Assembly: GCA_000708835.1 (NCBI GenBank)
Contig: DF237163.1
Span: 74,673 to 138,672, forward strand
Direction: 5' to 3'
From: Klebsormidium nitens
Taxonomy: Eukaryota > Plantae > Klebsormidiophyceae
Length of the DNA: 64,000 bases
The translations under genes and the position numbers were made by a program. Under the pieces are notes generated by a model that was not told where the DNA came from, did no database searches, and saw nothing but the letters and a program-made list of their open reading frames with translations. Positions 25,101 to 37,563 of this stretch are shown in pieces (position 1 is the first letter of the stretch; every line of letters begins with the position of its first letter).

Positions 25101-28087
25101 CCAACTCGCTTGTGAGAAGGGCTGCCAACAAGAAGCTTCCAAACGGCAAAAGAACTGATTTCCAGTAACCTTTCAAGCATGAAAAGGACGTAAAGGGACA
25201 GCAAAAGTTGGCCCGCAGAAGCTTTGCAACGAAGGCAGTCACAATAGAAATTGGCTCACAGCTCTTGACTGGCAAAGTGAAAAGTGCGACAAACGGAGAG
25301 CGATGGAAACGAATGCCACACATTGTCTGAAAGCTAGGCACGTCGTATCGGTGAGGAACTCAAAACGTCATGCGGGTCCTTGACCGACAATGAATGGCAG
25401 CTAGACAATTAATGGCCGCACACAAAACGAACCATGATCCGAAACGAGAAATTGAGTGGACAAAGGGACCACAACCGGACAGACCTAGAGGCAAAGAAAG
25501 CAACGCTAATCGACTGTTTTCTTTGACTCGGCATGCTCGTCTTCGAAGGAACAACGAAACACCACAATATGGACCCATGCAAAAAGAGTGCGAAGCTGAC
25601 CTGAAGAGTGACCGCTGAAGAAGCTCTGTCGCGCATCTCGTAGTTGCTTAGGGGTTGACACCAGATTGTTGCAGAGGACGTTACCATTCGAAGCAAACAC
25701 CTGGAGCAGAGCGGTTGAAAGCAACATTCAGTACCGCTTAAGACCTTGCTCAGCAGCCTTCCTAGACACATGAAATCCTGAACCCTGCCGTGAGGATTGT
25801 ACTTCGGACTTCAATGGAGAGACGGTGTGATTGTGCCTTCAGCCAGCAAGTCAGCACGGGTTAAATCGTTGGATGCTTCTCATTGTCCAGATCCGCGGTA
25901 AAGGGGCTCCTAATCAGAGCACTGCTGAAAACAGGATATTGATTCTCAATAGGTCGGGTTTGGGTTTGGCAGCACTTCAGAAGGCCATCCTAAGAGTCCA
26001 AAAACATTTAACCCAACAGAGTTCGAAGAGCGATTCGACTAAAAGCCGGCACACCGATCTCATGAGTTGGATGAGTTGTAAGCGGCGGTTGGGACTGACA
26101 TCGACGAATCAAAAGCGTCGGTTCGACTTGATAATTCTGACGCGAACCGAAGAAAATTGTAAACATGTGAACAGTATCTCTGTATCTCCTTGGATAAATT
26201 GATGCCTCTACTGCCACGATCGCAGAAGCGTCCTCTAAACAGCGCTCACCGGCTCTCCGTTCAAGAAGCAGACGGACATGAAATCCGGTCGGGGACGCCC
26301 AATGGTGACCTTGGTCAAGTTCGTGAGGATGCCAACGGTAAACACGGTGAACAGCAGACCTGCAAAGAAGGTGAGCGACACAGTGACCATCCCCACAGCT
26401 ATTCAAAAACCTTTGGCTACAAATGCATCCCTTCTTGCTTTCTTCAGATTTCTGGCTTCAAATGCATCCCTTCAATTTTCTTGCTTTCTTCAGATTTCTG
26501 GCTTCGCGCAAAAAGATTGCAATGGATGTATATCTGTGTCTGGAGTTTGGGGAAAGCTAGTAGAAATACTTGTTTATCTACTTATCCAAAAAAGAAGAGA
26601 GGAGGCCAGCCTGAAGTCAATGATCTTGTTGGCTAAGCCCCCTCCCGAACACTACTTATGTGCCAGATGTGCCTGCGCAAAGAACGAACCTGGGAACTTC
26701 AAAACGTTGTCAAATGGACCAATAGCACAGGTGGACAATGTCTATGGTGGGCCACTCACCGATGACTGCCTGATGGAAATCATGCCCACTGCGTACGAAG
26801 CAGGCGACAACGATGAAGGTCACAATAGGCACCCCAAGCGAGTAGACCTGCAAAAACCACGAACAATCAACCCCCTGTCTTGATCTTCTTTCCAAGCCTG
26901 CTTCTATCTGACGAATAAATGTGGATCAGGGAAACACACGGCGGCCATCATTGTCAGCTGCTTATGCGGAGGTGTACGGCAGAGGATAGGAAGTGCATGC
27001 TTGAAAACAGGCATAACCTTGTTTATGGTGGCACAACCAGAGAATACGACCCAGGACGTCCACAAGTCAACAGAGATGTTGCAGCATGCGTATATGACTG
27101 AATGTCTGCCTGCAACAGACTGGAAGCACCACCAGGAGACCAGTGGTACACTTACCGGAACACTCCACGACGGGATCGTATCAGCAGTGGTCGGGTAAGC
27201 GAGCCAGTGCGTAAGCTCGACGTCATAAATAAACCGCTCGTACGGGTGGATGAATGACGTCCCAACAAAGATGACCAGCATGAGGATCACGACTAAATAG
27301 TCGATCCAATAAGAGCGGACCAATTGAGGGTATGAAATCGTTCGGACAGTCTTCGCTCCTGCATGAAAACAGAGGCGATGCCGAAGTAAGCAATAATTCT
27401 GGCTCCTAATGTTAGGTTTGATCAAACAATTTCAGGGTGGCCCCTAGCGTAGGTGGACTCCTATAATACTTAGTGGTGACACTCAAAGGTTTGGGCTGAT
27501 CTTCTTTGCTACAAACGTTGCACCAAGTAACAAAGATGAAGGTCTATGAAAGGAGGCTTGCTTTGAAAGGATCGGGGTTCCCAGGGTAAGACACAGCTTC
27601 TGCGCATCTTGGTCAACCAAACTAATGAAACCATGATGGGGATCAGATGAAAGTACGCCCTTATCCTTCACAAACATGCGGAACTCAAAGATTGAGAAAA
27701 CTTTCCAGTCTTTCTGATAGCAAAGCCTTGCTACATGATTGCAAACGAAACCGCACCAGATATTTGATCGGGTTTATCTTTCATCCATGTTATCAGAGCA
27801 TGAAAACATAGCAGAAATGCAATTACGCTATTATTTCAGAATCTATTGCAATCGATGCTAGTGGCCTGAACATGTTCGACGCATGCCCTCAGCCCCCCTC
27901 ACCACTCTCTTCGCAGCAACTTGAATATATTTCCTCTATTGGAGAAGCAAATTCTGCATAACCTCCTTGCAACATACAGATGCAAGCCAACAGCGTGCAT
28001 GCACTCACCCGTCATCGTGCCGCCACCTTGCGAGCTGCCAGGAACCGTCTCGTCCAGACGCATAACCCCGTCTCCCCTTGCCATCAT
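22179..28087 (-). CDS. PAP2-family lipid phosphate phosphatase (LPP-like), 8 exons, ~303 aa; last exon uncertain
   Basis: Exons (minus) 28087-28009, 27358-27156, 26847-26760, 26359-26250, 25700-25601, 22814-22626, 22375-22316, and a tentative last exon 22261-22179. Motifs: C1 TKVTIGRPRPDF, C2 SFFSGHSS, C3 TRFCNYKHHPTD, plus several hydrophobic TM segments. Phases are consistent through exon 7. Confidence 0.9.
24284..24556. repeat. ~135-bp tandem duplication inside PAP2 intron 5
   Basis: TGCTCTCCGCATGCTC...TTTTAGGTTTGC...GGTCCCAAGCGGCTGAAC...AAAGAGACAAT..AGA.GGAAACAAGC starts at 24284 and again at 24419. Confidence 0.85.
26420..26505. repeat. ~40-47-bp tandem duplication inside PAP2 intron 3
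   Basis: CAAATGCATCCCTTC...TTGCTTTCTTCAGATTTCTGGCTT occurs twice. Confidence 0.8.
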
Positions 28088-28612
28088 AGAAGAACTCGCT
28101 GCGGCTCAACTTAAGAAGCTCGATGCGAAGCCCTACCAGACCCACCCTACTCTTTGTCGCTCTTTTCGCAACAAGGAAAGCAGCTTTTGGAGAAGGCCAC
28201 CGTGACCATATCGAGAAGGGGATTGCTGCCGCCATTTTGCCGCGAAGCAGCCACCAAGCTGAGCCTCCACAGGATCTGCCTCCCTAAGGTAGCACCCTTG
28301 CAAAGTTGCTGCTCGAATGCATATGCAAGTTGCTACGTGGAACAGTCAAGTGGAGCGGGGCTAGAGGTCTTCCGGGGCCAAGCGACCAGCAGGAACCCCT
28401 AGAAATCCCATTGAGAAGCCGCTTCTATCGAAGCTGAAGTGACCGTCGATACGTAAAATACCGACGGCTGCCACAAAAGCGCTGTTTCTGTAGTTCTGAA
28501 CCTTTCGATAAATCAAGATCTTCATCGACGGTTTGAAATCTAAGTCGAGGTCGATACGTGCACTCAACACGTGATCCACTCTTAGCCTTGCGATGGTCTT
28601 GTGAAACAATCT

Positions 28613-29073
28613 GTCGGGTTCACATTGGACTTTCTCAAAACTTTTATCGTGATTCGATAGCTTGACTTGCGTCACTCGGCGTCACCCCGCCAGAGTCGGC
28701 GAGCTAACGGTCAATTCTTCGAACTTCAAAAGTTATCGAAGTCGAAAACCTACTCAAATCCGGGAGGCTATCGAAACGCGGTCGTCGACCGCGTTTGGAT
28801 AGCCCAATCACGATGAGTACAGGTTGGATATCGTCACGCCTCAGCCTTTGCTGACGGTTTTGTGTACATAGTGTACTCAAGACGATTCACGTGGTCAGTC
28901 ACATGGCTCCAGACGAGAGTTTTGAATTACGAGACGTATTTCGACGGACCCAACTGCAATGTGAACCCAGTCTGGCTATCGTAATCCGGAACTGCTAAAA
29001 CGTCAGCATGGGTACTTCCAATTGCGAATCATGGCAGACCGAATTAGGGCAAAAAGTCCAATGTGAACCCGAC
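28613..29073. mobile_element. MITE-like non-autonomous DNA transposon (461 bp) with perfect 21-bp terminal inverted repeats
   Basis: 28613-28633 GTCGGGTTCACATTGGACTTT is the exact reverse complement of 29053-29073 AAAGTCCAATGTGAACCCGAC. A partial internal copy CAATGTGAACCC lies near 28958-28969. No clear target-site duplication. Confidence 0.7.
28766..28804. repeat. 39-bp near-perfect palindrome
   Basis: GGCTATCGAAACGCGGTCG-T-CGACCGCGTTTGGATAGCC: 19-bp arms, one mismatch, 1-nt centre. Confidence 0.9.
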
Positions 29074-29097
29074 CCAGGGACGGCCGAGTGAATCAAA

Positions 29098-29136
29098 GAT
29101 TCAAGGTTCGATTTTCGAAATCGAATCTTGGAATTC
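29098..29136. repeat. Imperfect inverted repeat/hairpin
   Basis: CAAGGTTCGATTT-TCG-AAATCGAATCTTG core: 13-bp arms with one mismatch, extendable with a gap. Confidence 0.7.
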
Positions 29137-29561
29137 AAAATCTGAGGCCCAGAATGCGTGAATGGCTCGGGGTTGTGCGACGGGACGTCACCCATTGCCA
29201 CAACCGATACGTCACCATGATGATCCCTGGCCGCTGCTGGCAAAGCACGTCGCAAGCCTTTTTCTGCTGCATGGGGTAATGCAAGGGGTGCCCTCTGCCG
29301 GGGGCCGGGGCGTCTCTTCGCTTTCCTGCTTGGAAGGAGTCCTGTTGTCAACAGCGTTCTTGTCATTTTCCAACTCGTCCTCTTTCTAGAGGGGGAATTG
29401 AATATTATTTCCAGCTGCAGCCAATTGTGCATTGCAGGGTGCATTGCTTTGCGGAGTAGGCGCTGACACAAGCTTGTGAGGAGATGTCTAGACGAACCAA
29501 TGGGTGCGGGCGGCGAGTGATACGAAGGAGGAGCGGGGCGAACAACGCAGGATTCTCAACC

Positions 29562-32500
29562 ATGGCCTCCCCTTTGCACTCCCAGTCCAACCAGGGAATT
29601 GACTCAACCGATGCGTCAGGAAGCAGCTCTGACTCTGACAGCGGAGCAGGTTCCGCAGATCTTGCTGGTGAGAGCGGAGGACAGCACAGTGACCCCTGTG
29701 GACACTACGAGCACTTCTCGTTCAGAAAGGAGGGCCTTAAGCGCGACTGGCTCTACGGTGTGGCATCAAGAAGCCTCAAACCGGCGCGGCTTTGCTTTAG
29801 GAGAGGAGGAGTGGCCGGCACTGCCAGTTTTCGCGCCTCAATCTGGAGCAAAGGCCGGTGTAAAGGCGGGCGGTGTAAAGGGAAGAAAGGCGCAGAGAAC
29901 AGGAAAGAAGAGTGGGGCCTCTAGCCTGACTGTTCTAGCTAGCAAGGACTTTGCAGTAGCGATAGACACGCGCGAGAACCTGAGGCTGACGATCGCAATG
30001 CAGAAGCGAGGAACCCCTGTACAGTGCCCCTCTGTCCTGGTACATAACGAGGAGGAGATTGACTTGAGCGGCACGTTCTTCGTGCGCCTTTTGGACGCAG
30101 AGTATGCAGAGATAGGGAGAGGGTGTGTAGAGTACAGCACAGCATTGGGGCCTGATGGCGCCTCTGTATATAACGTCACGGATGGTAAGGTGTTTGTGGG
30201 GTACTTCTACCCTCAGGTTTCGTTCCACAACTTTGAGCTGGGGTATGAGGCGACCAGGATCTGCCGCGAGCCAAATGCAGGGGGGCAATCGACGGTCTCT
30301 GAGGTGAGGCACTTTTTGCATGCTCGTGCTTTGAGCCAGAGACTGGAATGGAGTTTTTGCATCTATCCTCTTTGTCGAGCATGCAGCCACTTTTACAGCC
30401 TCCACAACCTTCTTCTTGTTCTCCTTGTTGATGCTTCTAAATGAAGAAGCCTCAGAAAGTCTTCGAATCAGAGCCTCTGAGCAACGATTTATGCAGGCAA
30501 TGAAGACATCTTTGCAGACCCTCTCAGCAATACCTGGCATTGCGCGATTGGCTCATGTAAACGATAAACCGCATGCATGTTTTCAGAATGTGCAAAGCTG
30601 ACATTCTCCTGCTGCCTTGCAGTCGCTGTCCGTGGAGTACTTCGTGCGCTCATTTGGAGGGACGAATGTGATCACTGAGATGGAGGTAAGCCCCGTTTGC
30701 AAGCTGACGTCCAACTTGTCTTGAGCCCCTTAACAGTACTCCAAGTCGTTATGATTGAAACACAGGATCTCAGAGGCTTCTCGACATGGCCCGGTAGACT
30801 ATTCATGACACCATGCCTATATAAAGAGAAGCGCCCTTCATTTAACGCCCTTTCAACCAGACTAATTGGGTCCTTCTGGCTGCATTTTAAGCTCTTGGAT
30901 TTCTTCATTGCCTCCCTGCATTTGGCACCGGTATCTTCTTGCATTGTTTGACTGTCACTGAGACTTTTCCTTGCTCCTTATCGCTTTTACCCTCTCTGCA
31001 TTCGTTTGCTCCTGAATCCATTTGACTCAGAAGAGCGCCTGTTCCAAATCTTTCCAAGTTTGGCATCTCTTGTTCAGGGTGCATACAGTGTTTTAAGTCA
31101 GAGACCACCAAAGAGCAGGTCGACTGTGGGCATGCATTCGCACACAATGCCACTGGTACAAACAGTCAGCTTTCCACACTACCTCAACTTGGTACAGGTA
31201 GTCGCAGTTTGATCCTTTATAAGGCACTTTTACCCTTCACTTGCGGCTTGGATGAATGCATCTGTACGTTTTAGTGACAGACTATGACTCTTTGCTTGTT
31301 CTCGCAGGTCGGTTACTGCAACCCCAACTGGAAGAAGGTGGATTACATCATCGACATCTTTGATACGCGCATGGGCGTCTCAGTCACACGCGCCATGTCC
31401 TACCCTAACCCCAGTAACTTCTCTGAGGAGGACGCCCGTCGCCTGCTGTACAAGAAGCTGTACGGACTGGTGAGCAACCGGTTTGTTGGCCGTTTCTCTA
31501 AATGAGGAAATAGAGTTTCTAAAGAACAGTATGACTCTGCCGACCATTCTGACCCAGCACTTCCTTGCATATCTGTCTTCTTCAATTTTTTCCATGACCC
31601 TTCCAGTCATTCAAGACCTTTTTGAGTCGAAACAGCCCACTTCGTACTGCTCGCTGGAATCTGAAAGGCTCCATTGGGTTGATTCAACGCCTTCCCCTTA
31701 GGAATCGCCTTGTGAGCTGACGCGATCGGCAATTATTCGCTCTGAAATTTTCAAAACGCCATGCTGGTCGGTTTGCGAAGGTGCTTGTATGGGCAGGCTT
31801 TTAGTGAACTGCCGGACCCTTTGCGTTGTCGATCTTTACACAGTTGTCTGAGCGAAGAGTTTTGAATTGAGGCTCTCTGCCACATGGTTTTGCACTCGTC
31901 CAGTCCAGTTTATGGAGCAGGTCTGTGTTTCCACATTATTTAGGAAACGGCAAAGGTGCTTGTCCTAGAAATCGGAAAGTGGGATTGGGATTGTTTTAGT
32001 CAACTCTGACCCTTGAAACTGGTTTTTATCTGCTGATTCCCTCTTTAGGAGTGAAAAATAATTGGCCTCTTACAGAACAGGAGGAATTGTGTTGTGCCGA
32101 ATAAAGTCAAACTCCGAATTGTTTTAATGGTCATGGACGAAACAACGAAATCAGAACACTTGCCGGAAATGACTTCGACAAACAACGGATCCAGAGGGCT
32201 CGCCCAGTTGAGGACAATGAAACTTCGAATTGCTCTTCATCAAGCTAAACGCTCATATGCTTGACGATTAACCAAAGCAGAGACACTGTTCTCGTTGTAT
32301 CGTTGAAGCGTTCTCATCATCTCTTCTCCATGGCATGCACAGGTCGTGGCTCAGCAGGGCGTCGCCGCTTCGCACACGTTCATGAACTCCATCCTGCACG
32401 TGTGGTGTGAAACGGCCCACACTGCGTCCATCCTCCAGCGGGTGTACCCCAAGGTCGCGATGGAACTAGACACGTCAGAAACGACGGTCGTGGTCTTGAC

Positions 32501-32642
32501 CGTTGCCGAGGGGCAGAAGGCGCGGCCCATTTTCTATGAGAATGTGCTGTGGAATAGGCAGAAGTTTGGGGTGGGGGATTTGGCACTGGCGGGGCAGACG
32601 CTGTGGCTGCAGTCGAGGGCCAAGTCGATATGCGTATCATGA
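29562..32642 (+). CDS. Uncharacterised AAC4-like protein (resembles the Dictyostelium AAC-rich clone AAC4 family), 5 exons, ~377 aa
   Basis: Exons 29562-29667, 29801-30303, 30623-30685, 31308-31469, 32343-32642, totalling 1134 nt in frame. The blocks PNAGGQSTVSESLSVEYF, TEMEV, KKVDY, GVSVTRAM, FSEEDARRLLYKKLYGL and ILHVW match my recollection of this family; not searched. Confidence 0.8.
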
Positions 32643-34532
32643 TGGGTAGGGGTTTCGGCTGTGGGGTAGTGTATAAAGGGGTTCGGGAATATGGGTGTAC
32701 AGATTAAGCGGTCATTGAGGTGGCTGGGTATAGAGGTGGTGGTTTTGGGTAAATGTATAGAGTTTGTACTATCGATTGAATGTGTTTGGGGTTGTGGTGC
32801 AGTATGTTCAGCTCGGCTAGAGGACATACTGCTTAGATTTTTGGTTCGTGTACAGTAGGAAAGGTCAGAATAGATACGAAAACAATTAAGCGGCTGGTGA
32901 CTTTGTCAAGATTCAAAAGCACACATACAACGGGCAATTAGCCAGGTGCAAAAGGTGAAACACCAATGCAGATGGAAACCTGGCCAACGCTTTCTTCCTT
33001 CCTGGAAACTCATGCACCAGATATAGCTGCCAAGTTGGGCGGATCATCTCCTGAGTGCAGTGCGCCGCGCTACTTCCAACGCTGGCCGGGCAATGCTACC
33101 GTACGTCACAGCCAGTGGTCTTTTCTGGCAGCCTGGCATGCAAGCCATATGTAAGTTTAAGCCATTTTGCTTGGCGTATGGCGGCGCGGCCGCCTTTGCT
33201 TTTGAGCGTACACCACCAGTGCGGCCCAGGCGCACCGCGTGGCTGGCCCATGCGGGGGCAACGACCGGCCGACAACTCTGGGTCCCGCCACGACAGTGGT
33301 GGACTCAAGTCAATATTCATATTGCTGCAAGCACTGGTCACTCCAGTAACTTGTAAAGCACTTTCTGGTCCTGAAGCCCCGATCACCTGCCCCTTCTGAA
33401 GTTGTTTTAGGTTAAGTCCGACACTTGCAAGCCAGATCTCGTTACGTCAATCCAACAAGGACTGTCTTAATTGCAGCACGCTTGCTTTAAAGTTCCACGT
33501 ACTTATTGTTTCCAGGAGACTCGGTTTAAAGACTCGTCCAGACAACCTACGTTGCACTGTCATTATTCATTGGTCAATCAAAATACAATCTATCAGGGCA
33601 GCTCAATGTCACCGGTTATTGATCAGTTTTAGCGGCTTGCGCGGTTTTAAGCTATTCCTACTCTCAGTCCGAGCATTTCCGACGAAAAGAGAACCAGCGG
33701 GCGCGACTCGAACCGACTTCTTCTTGTAGACTTGCTTCTCGGTCTCGAATCCTAGTAAGGTGCCGCTGGGGGCTACCCGGGATCTTGTAAGTGCCTGCCA
33801 GTCGTTCTCCTTGCCGTCAACCTCGTTTCGTTTCAATACATAGCCGATGCTCGGGCTTGCTCCTATAGCTATCTCAGTGGGGGGCGGTGCTACCAATGAC
33901 CCTGGCTGTTGCTGTGATAACCGCAGCTTGGAAACTTTTACTTGGGACCTGCATCTCGGAAGCAACGGAGTCACGATTGCGAACAAGTTTCAATCTCTGC
34001 TTGACAAAAACGGCTTTACTGGTAATTCCCACTTCACTTAAGATCCAATTGCTTAAGACATGACTTAAGATATGACCCGGGCACTCCGAAAGAGAAATTT
34101 ATCTCCCCCAAATATGAACGCGCTCCGCACCAAAACCCACCCGAAGCACCCAACCAAGTTCCCTCGTCTGCCGGGCGCCTATCTTAAGAAAAATGCCTCC
34201 AAAGTGAAATAGGCACTACCAATGTAACACGGCTCATAAACAAAAACAAAAGCTACAAAAGAGTAAGCATCCAAATTCGACGTGCCCCAGATGGACTTCC
34301 CGTTGCTTCAGGTCGCTCAAAGTTGGAGCGTCGACTTCTTTGACACTTCGAAGACGCAGATCCGGATCTGACAGGTGTGTCATATTTTACGATTAGATCT
34401 CAGCTGTTGCATCCAAGATCTACTGCTCACGCAATGGGCAACGGGCCACGGGGACGGGCAAACCGTCCGTCGCGCTTCCGAGCTCTACTAATGAGAAATC
34501 TGTCACACTTGACTTGTCAAACAATCGATCAC

Positions 34533-37500
34533 TCACTGCGCCACGGCAAGCTGGGCTTTCAGAAACGCGGCCGTCTCCTCCCAGTCTCGCTCCCGCTGTT
34601 GCAAGTCCACCCAGATCGCTTTCGCCGCACGCATCTCGTCCTCTAGTTGCCCCACTCGCGCTTCCGCCCGGTCTGCCCTTTGAGCCTGGCAACAGCACTC
34701 TTCCTCGAGCTCATTCATTCGCGCCTGCAGAATTCGAAAATGAAACTGTTTTTGTAATGAGAGATGGCCACCATTATTGAAATTTAGACTTGTTGATACG
34801 ACCCGGGAGGGATCGGCAAAGAAGGGTTTCAGTTTCCGAGAAGTGTCAAATCTTTGACTCATCCACCTGTCTTTCTCCGTTTGCCTCTTTCTGCTGCGCC
34901 ATTTGCTCGCGTCCCTTTGGAGATCTTCAAGGACTCCAGGTATGGAGGCAAAAATCTGAAGAGTGCCACCCTGAAATTGTGGACCGTTGAGTCGGTGACA
35001 TATACTTTGACAATCAGAGTTCCTTAGTATCTGACTGGTTCACGATCCGCACATAACGGTTACGAAGCTTCGAGGGTCAGCCATTCGGTTCCCACAAAAC
35101 TGATCGACTTCACACAGTTAACGAGCGCTGACTACGGGACGTTCCATCTTTTCAGCCCGATAAACCACTGTTCAGAGGTCGCCTCGTTCTATGGCAAGTT
35201 AACCGTCTGTTCCGGCTCAGTTCCGTCAGCGAAGGTTCAAAGCGTCGCTTCTAGTTATCAAAAACCCCTGGCATGCTCCGAGTGCAGGCTTCCAACTTCT
35301 GGCGATTGAACTGCGAAGCTAGTAATTGAGTGAGATGCGGTATTGAACACAACCGTTCTAGGTGAAAGAGCGAATGGGTGGAAGTTGGACAAAAGGTTCT
35401 GTTGTTCTAGTTCTGTTGCTCTTTCAAAAAGTTTCAAGTATGTCCGACTTTCCGCTGACTGCGGTCTGACTCCACTCAAGTATTAACTAATACTCTGAGC
35501 CGGCATCGACCAGAAAAAATCGCCAGCTTAAGAATCAAGCCGAGGCTCTTAGAAAAGATAGAAACGACATATCTAGCATCCCAGAGACACAAGTTTTAGA
35601 GGGCCAACATGCCAATTCCGCTATTATTTTGTAACCAGTGATCGATGCCGACCCTTGTGCAGTGACCTACCTCAGCCGTCGATAGCAGCCCCTCCAGATG
35701 CTCCGTCCTTGACGCCGACACCAGACGGTCCTCTCTCACAATAGCAGCCGCTTCGTCCATAGCCCGTCGAGCACTGTGGAAACGTCAATGTCCTTATAAT
35801 TCGGAATCGCACAGTGAAAGTCTCGTTTGCAGATCTCATTGTCCTTTACGAGCTTGCTTAGGAATGCTTAACTTCGCAGACTCTACTCAAATCAAGCGAA
35901 GCACTGCTGGTGTGAAGACTGTCTCCCAGCAACCGAGCAAAAGACCGCTTCGCACAACTCTGTCAGGACTCTTACATGATTGATTTAAACATTTCTGACA
36001 TCAGGAAAAGTTCAAGACCAATGATATGATGCTGCTCCAGCGTCCCCTTCTCTTCTGAGTTTGACGTGACTGGAAGAGCAACTCTAATTTCGGGACAGCT
36101 TGAATTATGCGGAAGAGAAGACGTTCTGGCTCACCGCTCTTCCCACAGTGCACGCTCCTGCTCAGCCTCAAGGGCCTCGATCTTAGCATCACGTAACGCA
36201 GACTCCACTTGTTGAATGCACGTTGCTTCCTCTGCGGTGCCAGAAAATAGTTCCTTTGAAGACCTCTGTCTACGCAACGCAAAGAAATACGGAACACCGG
36301 CATGTTGAGCTGGTTGTCACCAGACAGCAGTCTCCGCACACTACAAGACAGATTGGCCTTCAACGGTCGCTTTGCAGTTCAAGATCGGACCATATCTCCT
36401 GTGCTCCGATGAGCAGGGGAGCAAAGCTCTGACGATGATAGTTTGAAGCTCTTTAAATGCTGTCCAGTATTGCGGGGATGCCGGAGCTTCTTAGCACATA
36501 CTTACCTGCACAACAGTCCTGAGCAGTTGTTGCATCTGATCCAGCACTCAGACCTCGCACATGTAACAGCATCTTGTTCAGGACAGCAAGCTCTTGGTCT
36601 TGCTGCCTACTCCAGGCCACCTGCATTGTGGAAATCCTAGTAAAAGGAGGGCACCAGCCTGCTTATTGTGAGCTGCTTCTTTTAGTCTGGACAGATCTAG
36701 ATGATGAAAGCCATTGAAACATGTTCTTGGCCATAGGTCCTAGACCAATCAGTTGGTATGGACAGGGGGGCTTGACACCGACAGAAAAGATGAACAGCGG
36801 CATCTTTCTGCTAGATGCAGAATATTATATTCTGTGTGTCCAGTCGCTCCCAGGAGACATCCACTGTAGAAGGTCAATTGGTCAAACGGATTGCTACAAT
36901 GATTGTTTGTATGAGCTTACGCCGCCTTTAACTGGATATTAATCCTACAAAGAGAGGTGCTATTCAAAATGGTTTTGAGTTCTCCTAGTCTTCAAGTTCC
37001 TGAGGCAACCACTTCGGCAAAGCAGTCTGGTCCATGGCAAGCGGTGTTCACCTGTGTGTCTTCGAATGCTCGCTGCTCCTTTAACATGTGAGCGTGAAGT
37101 CCGTGTATGATTCCAGCTTGCACACTTATCAAATTCTGGTTTGCCGCATGCTTCTCTTGGAACTTCAGCGGCTCAGTCTGAAACACAGCAAAAGAGAGTT
37201 TATTAACACATAGAGGATGTTCTGAGAAGCCATCCAATTGTGCAGAAAGCTTTGTGGCAGTGCAGCAACCCATGCTAGCAACTGCCCTGTCAGCAAAGAC
37301 TAGTGCTTTTTGGAGCAACACATGTTGACTCCACTCAGCACCCTGCACCTTCTTCAGCAGCGTTATGTCTGAAGGGACATGAACTGAGCACAGAATCTTG
37401 TAGCTAAGAACTGCTATTAGCTGATGCCAGACCAGTAAAGTTCTACAAGTTTGGGGGATGGGCAGCCCATCTTAGGTGAGCTGTCAACTTGAATTGTTCT

Positions 37501-37563
37501 CTTAGACTGTCACAAAGTAGCAAACCTGGATTTAGAACTCAGAATGTTTGACTCACCTCTTGG
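34533..37563 (-). CDS. Hypothetical coiled-coil protein, at least 6 exons, start uncertain
   Basis: Phase-consistent exons (minus) 37368-37349 (20 nt), 37177-37052, 36620-36506, 36231-36135, 35773-35671, 34724-34533 (ends TGA). The translation is E/Q/R/A-rich and heptad-like (ESALRDAKIEALEAEQERALWEERARRAMDE; ARMNELEEE...VGQLEDEMRAAK). A phase-1 donor at 37556-37555 may close an upstream exon (MPR...). Confidence 0.7.

Noticed and set aside
28361-28675. 104-aa minus-strand ORF with protein-like composition
   Set aside because: It crosses the left TIR of the MITE, has no recognisable motif, and lies in a promoter gap.
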